DNA of 64,000 nucleotides from an uncultured Candidatus Saccharibacteria bacterium (GTDB lineage Bacteria; Patescibacteriota; Minisyncoccia; Phycocordibacterales; DATDWN01): NCBI GenBank assembly GCA_964468795.1, contig CAYXWL010000001.1, positions 232,246 to 296,245 of the forward strand, read 5' to 3'. Shown piece by piece: positions 19,545 to 27,254 of this stretch (position 1 is its first letter; each line of letters starts with the position of its first letter). The notes under the pieces were generated by a model. It saw only the letters and a program-made list of their open reading frames with translations, ran no database searches and was not told where the DNA came from. The position numbers and the translations under genes were made by a program.

Positions 19545-20036
19545 CTAGACTTCTCCCGAGAGATCGTTCGGATCTTCGTGGCCGTCCCACTCGGTGTCGA
19601 CATCTTCTCGCTTCCACTTGAGCCGATGGAGGACGTACTCGATCCTGCCCCTGGATTGTTTGGACAGCTTCCACTTCAACCAGCCGAACTCCTTCTCGAG
19701 CTGAGCAAGATTCTCGATCTGCCAACGCTTCAGGCAAGAAACGAGTCTTGGACTGAAGATGGATTTCGTCGAGATCTCCTCCCGAGGCCGATCTTTCAGC
19801 GAGTCGACGATGGCGTTGAAAGCCATCTCGAACTTCTGTTGCTCTACGGGCGGAGGCGGGAGTGGCTTCGGCGGTTTGCCGGCGTTCTTTCGTGCGGTGC
19901 GAACCTTACGAACTGCCTTGCGGGCAATCTGCATGATTCGCTCCTTCGTGACGGCAAACTCCTGGCCGATGTCGTTGTAGCTCATCCCTTGCGCGAGTAA
20001 GGTCAGGATTCTCTCCTCGCGGGGAGTCGTCCTCAT
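19545..20036 (-). CDS. Sigma-70 region 4-like HTH protein
   Basis: LTPREERILTLLAQGMSYNDIGQEFAVTKERIMQIARKAVRKVR matches sigma r4.2 / LuxR-type HTH; start at MRTTP (ORF-track start is TTG further upstream). Confidence 0.5.
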   Translation of the reverse strand: MRTTPREERILTLLAQGMSYNDIGQEFAVTKERIMQIARKAVRKVRTARKNAGKPPKPLPPPPVEQQKFEMAFNAIVDSLKDRPREEISTKSIFSPRLVSCLKRWQIENLAQLEKEFGWLKWKLSKQSRGRIEYVLHRLKWKREDVDTEWDGHEDPNDLSGEV

Positions 20037-20127
20037 GCGCTCGACTGGTGTGATCTCCGAAATGACAATGCCGAACAAAGTTTTTTTCTGCAATGTTTTT
20101 CTCCAAAGAACAAAGGGAAATTATTTT

Positions 20128-20185
20128 CCCGTCAAAACTCTGAAATAAATTCAAAACTTTGACGGAAGCCGAACCGAAGTTCGGC
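20128..20185 (-). promoter_or_regulatory. X-type UTR module copy f (variant arms CCGUCAAAAC..AACUUUGACGG + hairpin GCCGAAC-cgaa-GUUCGGC)
   Basis: Same architecture with compensatory changes; upstream of 19545..20036. Confidence 0.5.
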
Positions 20186-20423
20186 AAGTGTGATGGTAAA
20201 CTCGGAGTAGTTGTAGCCACTCTTTGCTCTTTAGGTAACTTGCGCCCTTAGCGAATACCCTGATTCCATCGCCAGACAGAATCACGGGAGAGTGGTTAAA
20301 GCTACAACTTCTAACCAACTACTCGCTCAATATGTATCACGGGCCATCACGCTCCACGACACGTCGCAACATTTTTCCTGCTCAAAAAATTCTACGATGT
20401 ACCGTGGAACTTTACAAAGAACT

Positions 20424-20474
20424 TCTGTTTCGTCGTTTCCGACTCATCAGGTGAGACATACATCTCACGACAGG
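20424..20474 (-). ncRNA. Hammerhead ribozyme, type III (copy i)
   Basis: Minus-strand RNA: CUGUC|GUGAGA-UGUAUG-UCUCAC CUGAUGA GUCG-GAAA-CGAC GAA ACAG; all core nts (CUGAUGA, GAAA, GUC) present; stems I/II closed, III open. Confidence 0.8.
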
Positions 20475-20558
20475 TGCCTTGGGTGCTAATCAAGACAAAT
20501 GATTTTTGGCCCTACTGCCCCTTGCGGGTACTCGGACCTTCTGTTGCCAAGCCGGTCA

Positions 20559-20945
20559 TTACTCCGGCTCCGTCTCCTCAAGCTGCTCTTCAGCAAGCTC
20601 GAGTTTTCTGCAGGCCTCTTCGAAGGCAACCAAGGCAGGAATGTTTCCCTTGCCCAGCTCTGGCAGCACTACGATTGGGAAGATTTCATCTCCCGTCTCG
20701 AGGTACAACCGAGAACCTTCTCCGTCGTGATGGGCGGCCCGCGAGAACTGGCGATGGCAGGAACGGCACTCGAAATAATCCAAGTCGTTCACTTCCACCG
20801 TGCAAGCTCCACAGGACGGACACCCATAACAAAGGAGTCGGCGTTGCGATTCTTCGTAGGCGAGCATTGGACACGAAGACAAGTGCTCGGACACTGACTC
20901 GTGGCAGTGTCGGCACTTTACCGTCAGTCGCAGTCTCATACTCAC
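20559..20945 (-). CDS. Cys-rich zinc-finger protein (multiple CxxC pairs)
   Basis: CRHC..C..CYGCPSCGAC..CRSC; SD TAGGAGGTGAG 6 nt upstream of ATG. Confidence 0.55.
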   Translation of the reverse strand: MSMRLRLTVKCRHCHESVSEHLSSCPMLAYEESQRRLLCYGCPSCGACTVEVNDLDYFECRSCHRQFSRAAHHDGEGSRLYLETGDEIFPIVVLPELGKGNIPALVAFEEACRKLELAEEQLEETEPE

Positions 20946-20978
20946 CTCCTATTAAAGAACTTGAGACAAACCATTTGC

Positions 20979-21040
20979 CTCGTCATAATAATCAAAATCT
21001 TGATTTCTCTGACGAGACCCCGACTGATATTTTAGTCGGG
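20979..21040 (-). promoter_or_regulatory. X-type UTR module copy g (variant arms CUCGUCA..UGACGAG + hairpin CCCGAC..GUCGGG)
   Basis: Architecture conserved, sequence diverged with compensatory changes; upstream of 20559..20945. Confidence 0.45.
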
Positions 21041-21315
21041 ATGTTGTGGTGGTGACTGTAAGCGATTGCAGTCACTTACAACCTTGAGATGTTCGGCGAA
21101 TTCCGAGCACCTCTTAGTGAATGTTTGGCTCCACCCGTATCCGAAATAGATACGGGAATCTGGCGCAAGCGCTGGGTGAGAATCTGCAACTCTCACGCTC
21201 TAAGCACCATTCACTCCCTCATGTATCATGGGCCACCACAGCTCCACGACACCTTGCACAACATTTTTTAGAAAAATTCTGTGCGAGATGTCGTGGATAG
21301 ATCAAAAGAACAGTT

Positions 21316-21366
21316 TCTGTTTCGTCCTTTCGGACTCTTCAGGGAGAATACACATTCTCCGACAGA
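21316..21366 (-). ncRNA. Hammerhead ribozyme, type III (copy ii)
   Basis: UCUGUC|GGAGAAU-GUGU-AUUCUCC CUGAAGA GUCC-GAAA-GGAC GAA ACAGA; begins 7 nt after stop of 21373..21651. Confidence 0.8.
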
Positions 21367-21372
21367 GCCGGA

Positions 21373-21651
21373 CTAACGTGCCGGCAACGAATAATTTTTT
21401 CTTCTCCACCTCCAAGGTTCATTTGAACCGACTCGGAACACGTAGCGGCCACACCGTGAGGTGTACCAGCCACGCGACTCGTCGGCCTTCCGCATTTTTG
21501 TGCGGAAGAAGTTACGAAGGCGACTCACATCACGCGACGTGAGCGGGCGGCCCTTGAGGACCTTTGCCCAGCTGAAGTACCCGTCTTCACGAGTGATCTC
21601 CAGCAACCGACCACCGAACCGATACTGGCCTCTTGACCACTCGCTTCCCAT
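21373..21651 (-). CDS. Small Arg-rich hypothetical protein
   Basis: CTAGGAGGTATC SD before ATG; 92 aa. Confidence 0.4.
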   Translation of the reverse strand: MGSEWSRGQYRFGGRLLEITREDGYFSWAKVLKGRPLTSRDVSRLRNFFRTKMRKADESRGWYTSRCGRYVFRVGSNEPWRWRRKNYSLPAR

Positions 21652-22032
21652 GATACCTCCTAGTTTTGAAAGAATAGTGGGTGTTTGCAGGATCCTCTCT
21701 GACTTTAATAGTCCGTGGCTTATCCACAGCTATTTCCTAGTGGTAACTTACCCACAAGGTCGTCTTTGATTAATCACCGCTAACATTGCACACCCGCGCA
21801 ACGCCAAGATGCCGGCAAGCATCTGGTGGATCGGAGCAAAGTTGCCTGGCCTCAGTTCTGTACGATTGCAGCCACTTTGGACTGCAATCTACCTCTCAGG
21901 CTGCCATGCCTTCGAAACACAGAAGTGTACCTTTGGCTCTGCTCCTAACGAAGATCCATCGGACTCCGGAATTTACCAAACTATTTGTCGAGCAAATTCC
22001 GAAATCCGTGAACCATTTTATTTTAAAGAACT

Positions 22033-22083
22033 TCTGTTTCGTCCTTTCGGACTCATCAGGCGAGACACTCATCTCACGACAGA
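22033..22083 (-). ncRNA. Hammerhead ribozyme, type III (copy iii)
   Basis: UCUGUC|GUGAGA-UGAGUG-UCUCGC CUGAUGA GUCC-GAAA-GGAC GAA ACAGA; ~50 nt downstream of stop of 22134..22352. Confidence 0.8.
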
Positions 22084-22133
22084 CCAGGATGACGCTCTGG
22101 TAGACGTTTAGGAGATTCTGTTGCCGAGCTCTC

Positions 22134-22352
22134 CTAGTGCTCCGAGGCTGAGTCAGTGAGGATCAGCGTGGTAACCTCGGCGTAAAACGCCTCGACCTCT
22201 GGTCCACCGAACAGGGGTTTGTAAGACCCGTCGGAGTTCCGAGGCCAGATGCCTATGATGGCATCGAGCGTCGCCTTCGAGAGGTTGAATCTCTCGAAAG
22301 TCTTCCGCGCGAGTTCCTCCGAGATCCCCGTGATCTGATAGACTCTTTTCAT
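22134..22352 (-). CDS. Small hypothetical protein (72 aa)
   Basis: Start MKRVYQ preceded by GAGGAGAG SD. Confidence 0.4.
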   Translation of the reverse strand: MKRVYQITGISEELARKTFERFNLSKATLDAIIGIWPRNSDGSYKPLFGGPEVEAFYAEVTTLILTDSASEH

Positions 22353-22389
22353 GTCACTCTCCTCAAAGAACTCGGAACGAACCATTCGT

Positions 22390-22487
22390 CCCATCAAAGA
22401 AATCAAGCTTTATTATTTTCTTGAAAGTAAACTTTCAAGTTGTTAATTGCTTTGATGGGAGGGCAAACGATGTTTTGTCGCTCACCC
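22390..22487 (-). promoter_or_regulatory. X-type UTR module copy b
   Basis: cccatcaaag-N50(with internal IR cttgaaagtaaactttcaag)-ctttgatggga-gggcaaacgatgttttgtcgctcaccc; upstream of 22134..22352. Confidence 0.5.
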
Positions 22488-22566
22488 ATGTTTACCCATG
22501 CTTTTACGCGGAAGGATTTTTCCACAACTTCGGTGCCTTGGCCGAAGGTTGACGCACCCAGTCGGA

Positions 22567-22743
22567 TTACTTCTTCCGATAGCCAGGCTTCCCGCCACAG
22601 GGAACGGAAACTGCTTTCACAGATTCCCGTTTTGCGGTTTTCAGCCTGCCGTCGTAGAAGTAACCAGCCCGAGCGAGGATCTTGTTGGCTTGCGCCTCCA
22701 AAGTCCTCTGATGGTTTGTGGCCACCATTGTGATTGTTGTCAT
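22567..22743 (-). CDS. Small hypothetical protein (58 aa)
   Basis: Start MTTITMV preceded by CCTGAGGAGGATC SD. Confidence 0.35.
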   Translation of the reverse strand: MTTITMVATNHQRTLEAQANKILARAGYFYDGRLKTAKRESVKAVSVPCGGKPGYRKK

Positions 22744-23116
22744 GATCCTCCTCAGGATTGACTGGTTGTTAATGTAAAGAACATCGCGGGGGATGAGTTC
22801 GGGCTGGGGCCTAGTACACCGTGCAGCAACACGGGACTTCAGGCGAAAAGTGACCCCATATTGGTTTGCCTTACGCGAGATTCTTGCTCGCGCCTGGCTC
22901 CGCACACTTCCCTTGCTGAAGGGGAAGACTCCCTATGCGGTATTGAATGCCACCCTACACACCCCCACCTCAAAAGACTTGTATCTTCTGAAGCGGAGGA
23001 ATGTGTCCTCCATTTGTAAAGAAATGCACTTTGAAGTTAATTTTGATTGCGGGTCCGTGATATTTATCTGGACGGTTGCCATTCGCTAATAAAACTTAAC
23101 TTCAAGGTACACTGGT

Positions 23117-23145
23117 AGTATATACTAAACGTATATTTTTGTCAA
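23117..23145 (-). promoter_or_regulatory. Consensus sigma70-type promoter (TTGACA-17-TATACT) firing leftward into the minus-strand small-gene/hammerhead array
   Basis: Reverse complement of 23117-23145 reads TTGACA aaaatatacgtttagta TATACT. Confidence 0.5.
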
Positions 23146-23280
23146 GCAGTTTTGACATTTTCTTTTTATAAATCTAAAAATAGCTATAAATATAGCCATT
23201 ATATAGAATATAGATTTAATTTAACCTGACTAAACTAGTATTAAATTGACATACTAAATAAATAATTTTGTTATTTATAT

Positions 23281-23309
23281 TTGACAAATAAAATGAATGG
23301 GTATATACT
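23281..23309 (+). promoter_or_regulatory. Consensus sigma70-type promoter (TTGACA-17-TATACT) driving the structured RNA
   Basis: ttgaca aataaaatgaatgggta tatact; predicted TSS ~23317. Confidence 0.5.
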
Positions 23310-23316
23310 TATAGGC

Positions 23317-23655
23317 AGACGAGTACCCAGGGTGTTCTTGGGGAAAGGAGGGTTCCATGCACGACTAGTGCGGGCTGGGGAACCGGGGGTTGTTAACCCC
23401 CGGTGTGGCCTCCAGTTTGGCTAGTCATAGATTGTGGAGGAAGCAAAAGTGGACGACTAGCACATAGGTGGTTCCAGTTCCATGCGTCCGACCACCAGAT
23501 AGTCAGAGGACGCGAGACAGATCATCTTCGTTCAGTTCAAGGTGGAAAATCCACCAGACAAAGAGAGAAGTGTGATTCCGTCAATCGTTCCCGGCGATTA
23601 GTCTTCGGGAACAACATGCCGTGGCGACAACTTACCGTCGCCACGGCATTTCTTA
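23317..23655 (+). ncRNA. Candidate ~335-nt structured non-coding RNA (identity unresolved; RNase P RNA and other classes considered)
   Basis: Perfect promoter upstream, strong terminator (AUGCCGUGGCGAC..GUCGCCACGGCAU + U-run) at 23616-23655, GC-rich with many hairpins and internal repeats, no plausible ORF (the only ATG after the GGAGG-like stretch gives M-H-D-stop). Confidence 0.45.
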
Positions 23656-24393
23656 TTTATGATCAAAGATATATTTAATTAGGCTTTTGAGAGTGTCTGC
23701 AAACTCTTTGCTTTTTATTAAAATACCAGATGGTCTCTTTCCCAGAATAGATATTCTCACTTGGTCACCATAAACAGTAATATCGCTACTTAAAGGATAC
23801 TTCTCTGAATTTATTTTTAGCCTCTCTCCCATTTCATCTGATGGTTTATCTATATTTTTTGAAGTGTATATAGATCTAGATTTAATTCCTCTTGAAATCC
23901 TACGATCTTTTAGTCTACTTGTTTCTTTATCATCGAAAATATCCTTAACTAGATCTAAAGGATAAACTATATAAACAGGTTCATCAGGAAGTATTTTTAT
24001 AAAAGTATCATCATTTGAGCTAAGCACCCCTTCTTTACCATCAAAAAACTGAACCATTGGTTTTTCCCCTTGTTCTCTTTGGATACCTTTTAATTGTGGG
24101 ACGATAATATCTAGACCTTTTTTATTCTCTTCTAATAAGTGGATCTGTCTTTCTACGAACAAGCCAAGTTTTTCTGGAGGTTCAGCAATATAAAAAGTCT
24201 TTTTTCCAATATTTGATTCACTAACTAAACCCTTCTTCTGTAAAGATTCCAGGATCACGTATGCAGTAGGACGCTTTATCGTTGCTTTTTCGGCAATTTC
24301 AGTTACAAGAGCTTTATCAAAGGAAAGAAGAGCTAAATAAACTGCTGCTTCCTTATCACTAAGCCCAATATCTTTAAGGTATTTTTCAAACAT
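23653..24393 (-). CDS. TrmB-family-like HTH transcriptional regulator (low-GC gene inside GC-rich element)
   Basis: N-terminal LSDKEAAVYLALLSFDKALVTEIAEKATIKRPTAYVILESLQKKGLV winged-helix resembling TrmB N-domain. Confidence 0.55.
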   Translation of the reverse strand: MFEKYLKDIGLSDKEAAVYLALLSFDKALVTEIAEKATIKRPTAYVILESLQKKGLVSESNIGKKTFYIAEPPEKLGLFVERQIHLLEENKKGLDIIVPQLKGIQREQGEKPMVQFFDGKEGVLSSNDDTFIKILPDEPVYIVYPLDLVKDIFDDKETSRLKDRRISRGIKSRSIYTSKNIDKPSDEMGERLKINSEKYPLSSDITVYGDQVRISILGKRPSGILIKSKEFADTLKSLIKYIFDHK

Positions 24394-24439
24394 ATGATTG
24401 TGATGATTTTGATTATTATAACATAGATTTTTTATTTTT

Positions 24440-24478
24440 TAAAAACAAAATCCGCCCTCCAACGGATTTCGTTGTGGG
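24440..24478 (-). terminator. Rho-independent terminator (CCGCCCACAACGAAAUCCGUUGGAGGGCGG + U-run) ending the 24482-25222 leftward unit
   Basis: Hairpin with 10-bp GC stem followed by AUUUUGUUUUU on minus strand. Confidence 0.55.
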
Positions 24479-24481
24479 CGG

Positions 24482-24979
24482 TTAGGATTTACGATACTTC
24501 TCCTCCATTTCTCGGATAGCTTCCTCCAGAGTTCCGAGTCCCATTGCATGTCTTCTCTCATCAACATGCTCAGGATCCTCGATTTCTTTCGGAATAAACT
24601 TTCCGTCGACTTCAGTAAATTGTGTACCGAAGATTTGTGGACGATCCGTGTTCACTCTCACACGATCTGCGAGGTATGCCAGATCTTCTTTGATGATTTC
24701 CTCGAGAGGGCAATCCATCATAGAGTGTAGGCACAACTGTTGGAACGTGGGGTCATGGTCAGCGTGTTGAACGATGAGCCATGCAGAATGTGATGCTTCT
24801 CTGCCCACCATAGAAATCGTAGGCCATCTGTGATGTAACCAGATCCTCATCATCTTCACAGTGTTCTGAAAATCAACTGTCTCATCCCAGAAATCAGGAT
24901 CAAGAAGATTCTTGGAGCGCATTTCCTGGTCAACACGCCCCATCTCAAGTAGCTGTTCTGCCAACTCAGGGAAGAGCAT
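24482..24979 (-). CDS. Hypothetical protein (165 aa), GC-rich
   Basis: AAGGAGGTCAC SD before ATG; conserved-looking WLIVQHADHD segment; no known motif. Confidence 0.5.
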   Translation of the reverse strand: MLFPELAEQLLEMGRVDQEMRSKNLLDPDFWDETVDFQNTVKMMRIWLHHRWPTISMVGREASHSAWLIVQHADHDPTFQQLCLHSMMDCPLEEIIKEDLAYLADRVRVNTDRPQIFGTQFTEVDGKFIPKEIEDPEHVDERRHAMGLGTLEEAIREMEEKYRKS

Positions 24980-24994
24980 GTGACCTCCTTTTTC

Positions 24995-25222
24995 TCACAC
25001 GGGTTGAGTCCATTCTTTCAGAACTCGCACAGTCTTGACCCAGCTTTTCTGATAGACAAGCGGATCATCACTTGGAGCGTCCACCAGAGCCTTGGCAATC
25101 ACTTCTGCTTTGGCGTCGTCTTCAGCTTCAAATGGGATGAACTTCCAACCTCCGCTGGTTAGCCATCTACTATTCGAAGCTGTGTAACGCATTTCTGCAT
25201 ACCAGACTTCGTATTTCGACAT
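24995..25222 (-). CDS. Small hypothetical protein (75 aa)
   Basis: Start MSKYEVWYAE preceded by ACGGAGGTTTT SD. Confidence 0.4.
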   Translation of the reverse strand: MSKYEVWYAEMRYTASNSRWLTSGGWKFIPFEAEDDAKAEVIAKALVDAPSDDPLVYQKSWVKTVRVLKEWTQPV

Positions 25223-25238
25223 AAAACCTCCGTTTCTA

Positions 25239-25284
25239 AATATACCATTTTGTGCTTGACAAGTCAAGTAAAGTATGCTAGGAT
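25239..25284. promoter_or_regulatory. Overlapping divergent promoters: rightward TTGACA-17-TAGGAT, leftward TTGACT-17-TATATT sharing palindrome CTTGACAAGTCAAG
   Basis: tgtgcttgacaagtcaagtaaagtatgctaggat on + strand; reverse complement gives cttgacttgtcaagcacaaaatgg tatatt. Confidence 0.5.
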
Positions 25285-25344
25285 AGAGGTAGTAATTCCT
25301 GTATGTATGTACAGGTCGCCCGAGAAGGGTAGGACAGAAAAAGG

Positions 25345-25662
25345 ATGTGTCGTATGACGCAGAATGCATATGATTTGAAGAAGATCGTGAACGGTCCGAG
25401 CAAGATGGACCTCATGCTGGCGATGTTCGACAGCAGCTTCCCGAATCACCGTTCAGTTGTCTTCAACTTTGAGAATGAGGGAGCGAGCAACTTCAAAGCT
25501 AGTGCTCCCTGTCACATCTCGATGGTTGAGAAGGAAGACGGTTCTGGCGAAAGCTTTAACTTCGAAGGAACTCTCTCCTACGACAACTTCCGGACAGGTA
25601 AGAGGGTGCGTGGTTGCTATAACACCATGCGCCGGACTGGCTTCTTCCACTTCGTGCAGTAG
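25345..25662 (+). CDS. Hypothetical protein (105 aa)
   Basis: First gene of rightward array; GC-rich. Confidence 0.45.
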   Translation: MCRMTQNAYDLKKIVNGPSKMDLMLAMFDSSFPNHRSVVFNFENEGASNFKASAPCHISMVEKEDGSGESFNFEGTLSYDNFRTGKRVRGCYNTMRRTGFFHFVQ

Positions 25663-25669
25663 TTCTTCT

Positions 25670-25731
25670 GGGCGAGTTGTTAACTCGCCCTCCCATCAAA
25701 GTAATTAAATTTTTGATTTCTTTGATGGGAC
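25670..25731 (+). promoter_or_regulatory. X-type UTR module copy c
   Basis: gggcgag-ttgttaa-ctcgccc tcccatcaaag taattaaatttttgattt ctttgatggga. Confidence 0.55.
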
Positions 25732-25782
25732 AATTTGGTCCCGATTTGTTCATTTCAATTTTCAGTGCCCAAAGGAGGGCCC

Positions 25783-26154
25783 ATGATCAACGAACGTGGT
25801 GAGTTTATTCGCGAGACGGCAGCTCCTTCTACCAAGGAAGTCACCACGAAGAATTACATGGTCAACGTGGTCACTTCATCGCTCAAGGATATTCTCAGTG
25901 GACACAACCTGATCAGCGACATGAACCAGGTTATCCTTCTCCAGTTCGGACCTTGCTCGGAAGAGGAAGGTGACGCTCTGGCGGATCGGATCAACGCGTG
26001 GGTTCGTGGGGGTGAAGGTCGTGGTCCTGCTGAGGCATTCCGGATTCTGGGACTGCACCAGAAGACGGGAGATGTGTGGGCGTCTTGCGACCCGATCCCG
26101 ACGGCTGGCATCTCGGAACTTCTCCAAAAGTTCCAGGTGAAAACCACTGTTTGA
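25783..26154 (+). CDS. Hypothetical protein (123 aa)
   Basis: Start MINERGEF preceded by AAAGGAGGGCCC; ORF-track TTG start upstream lies inside the UTR module. Confidence 0.45.
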   Translation: MINERGEFIRETAAPSTKEVTTKNYMVNVVTSSLKDILSGHNLISDMNQVILLQFGPCSEEEGDALADRINAWVRGGEGRGPAEAFRILGLHQKTGDVWASCDPIPTAGISELLQKFQVKTTV

Positions 26155-26185
26155 TCAACATAAAGATCCGTCCATCGGCGCGTCA

Positions 26186-26232
26186 GCCCGATATCGTCCG
26201 AGGAAGTCATATTATCCTCGGACTTCCTTCAG
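26186..26232 (+). promoter_or_regulatory. Y-type structured module, copy 2
   Basis: cgtccgaggaagtcatattatcctcggacttcc then ttcagag + two short hairpins; mirrors 19400-19500 with compensatory stem changes. Confidence 0.5.
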
Positions 26233-26301
26233 AGAGTTCAACTTTGTTTGAAAATTCTGAAGGAACGAATAGTTCGTTCTGGTTCTTTGGGGAGGTACAC
26301 C

Positions 26302-26520
26302 ATGTTCGTCAGCAATACCACGATTTTTCACTGCCCGATGTTCGGGTGCGGTCACGAAAACGAACGTTCGAACCGCACGAAGCCGGAAGACATCGTTTGC
26401 GAAGGATGTCACGCACCTTGGTGGCCGATGGAACTCGGTTTCATTGGAAATGATCCGAAAGAAAACATCGAGTTCGCACGGACTCATGATCGGAAAGGAA
26501 ATCTTCGTGAGCTGGCGTAA
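26302..26520 (+). CDS. Small Cys/His-rich protein (72 aa)
   Basis: Start MFVSNTTIF preceded by GGGGAGGTACACC; CPMFGCGH..CEGCHAPWW. Confidence 0.4.
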   Translation: MFVSNTTIFHCPMFGCGHENERSNRTKPEDIVCEGCHAPWWPMELGFIGNDPKENIEFARTHDRKGNLRELA

Positions 26521-26527
26521 TTCTTCT

Positions 26528-26590
26528 GGGCGAACGTAATTTGTTCGCCCTTCCGTCAAAGTTTTCAAGTCATTGAAAGTTTTGATGGGA
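26528..26590 (+). promoter_or_regulatory. X-type UTR module copy d
   Basis: gggcgaac-gtaattt-gttcgccc ttccgtcaaag ttttcaagtcattgaaag ttttgatggga. Confidence 0.55.
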
Positions 26591-26657
26591 CAAAAATTCC
26601 CAAGGTGACCGTAGCCTGCATATCGCAAAATACGGTAAAGAACCCAAGGAGGTTCAA

Positions 26658-27119
26658 ATGTACACTGTCATCATTCACTGGATCACTGGTCGTGCCTCAA
26701 ACGATCCTGCAACGTACACGATTTTGGAGATGCTTGCAAAGCGTAAAGAGCATGAGCAAGTTTTATTCGAACTCGAGAGCGGGATCGAAGCTGCCGGTGG
26801 CGAGTCGGTTGCATGTAGGTCTTGGATAGCGACTAACAACGAGTGGGTCGGTATCGAAACGATGCAAGAGATCAAAATTCAGGTAGCAAGTCTTGAAACA
26901 GCCTGGTTGATCTTCAGCACCGTAAACCATCTACTCGAGATTTGTGGCAACTACAGCGGGAACATCCGACTCGGAGATAGTTTCCACAAGGCTGAAGATC
27001 TTCTATCGCAAGCTGCAAAGTACGAAAAAATTCTGCGCCAGGTCTTCCGAGAAATCAAACGGAAAGACTACTCGGCGGCAGCAATCCGTCGTACTCTGAA
27101 GCAAGCCCTAGAACACTAA
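26658..27119 (+). CDS. Hypothetical protein (153 aa)
   Basis: AAGGAGGTTCAA SD before ATG. Confidence 0.45.
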   Translation: MYTVIIHWITGRASNDPATYTILEMLAKRKEHEQVLFELESGIEAAGGESVACRSWIATNNEWVGIETMQEIKIQVASLETAWLIFSTVNHLLEICGNYSGNIRLGDSFHKAEDLLSQAAKYEKILRQVFREIKRKDYSAAAIRRTLKQALEH

Positions 27120-27158
27120 ACATTTTCAGTGAATGAAAGGGGTTGATAAGTTCTTTTC

Positions 27159-27220
27159 GGGCAAACTCACGTTTGCCCTCCCATCAAAGTTTTGAAACTA
27201 TTTTGAAAGTTTTGATGGGA
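27159..27220 (+). promoter_or_regulatory. X-type UTR module copy e
   Basis: gggcaaac-tcac-gtttgccc tcccatcaaag ttttgaaactattttgaaag ttttgatggga. Confidence 0.55.
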
Positions 27221-27254
27221 CAATTTAGTCCATGGTTCTTTTACAGGAGTAACG

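Noticed and set aside
18350-22761. Dense overlapping ORFs on both strands in the GC-rich segment (e.g. 18956..19153, 19542..20000, 20474..21055, 20499..20897, 21786..22111, 22440..22761)
   Set aside because: High GC keeps many frames open. Only the ORFs with a strong Shine-Dalgarno sequence, a sensible start and Cys/HTH motifs were kept.
23317-23655. Assignment of the 335-nt RNA as RNase P RNA
   Set aside because: Only a weak resemblance (GGAAAGGAGGGUUCCAU versus the P4-region consensus) was found. Other universal RNase P blocks could not be located by eye. The call is left as unknown structured RNA.
23403-23678. 91-aa ORF inside the promoter/terminator-bounded transcript
   Set aside because: It has no Shine-Dalgarno sequence and reads through the intrinsic terminator hairpin. 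The transcript is better explained as non-coding RNA.
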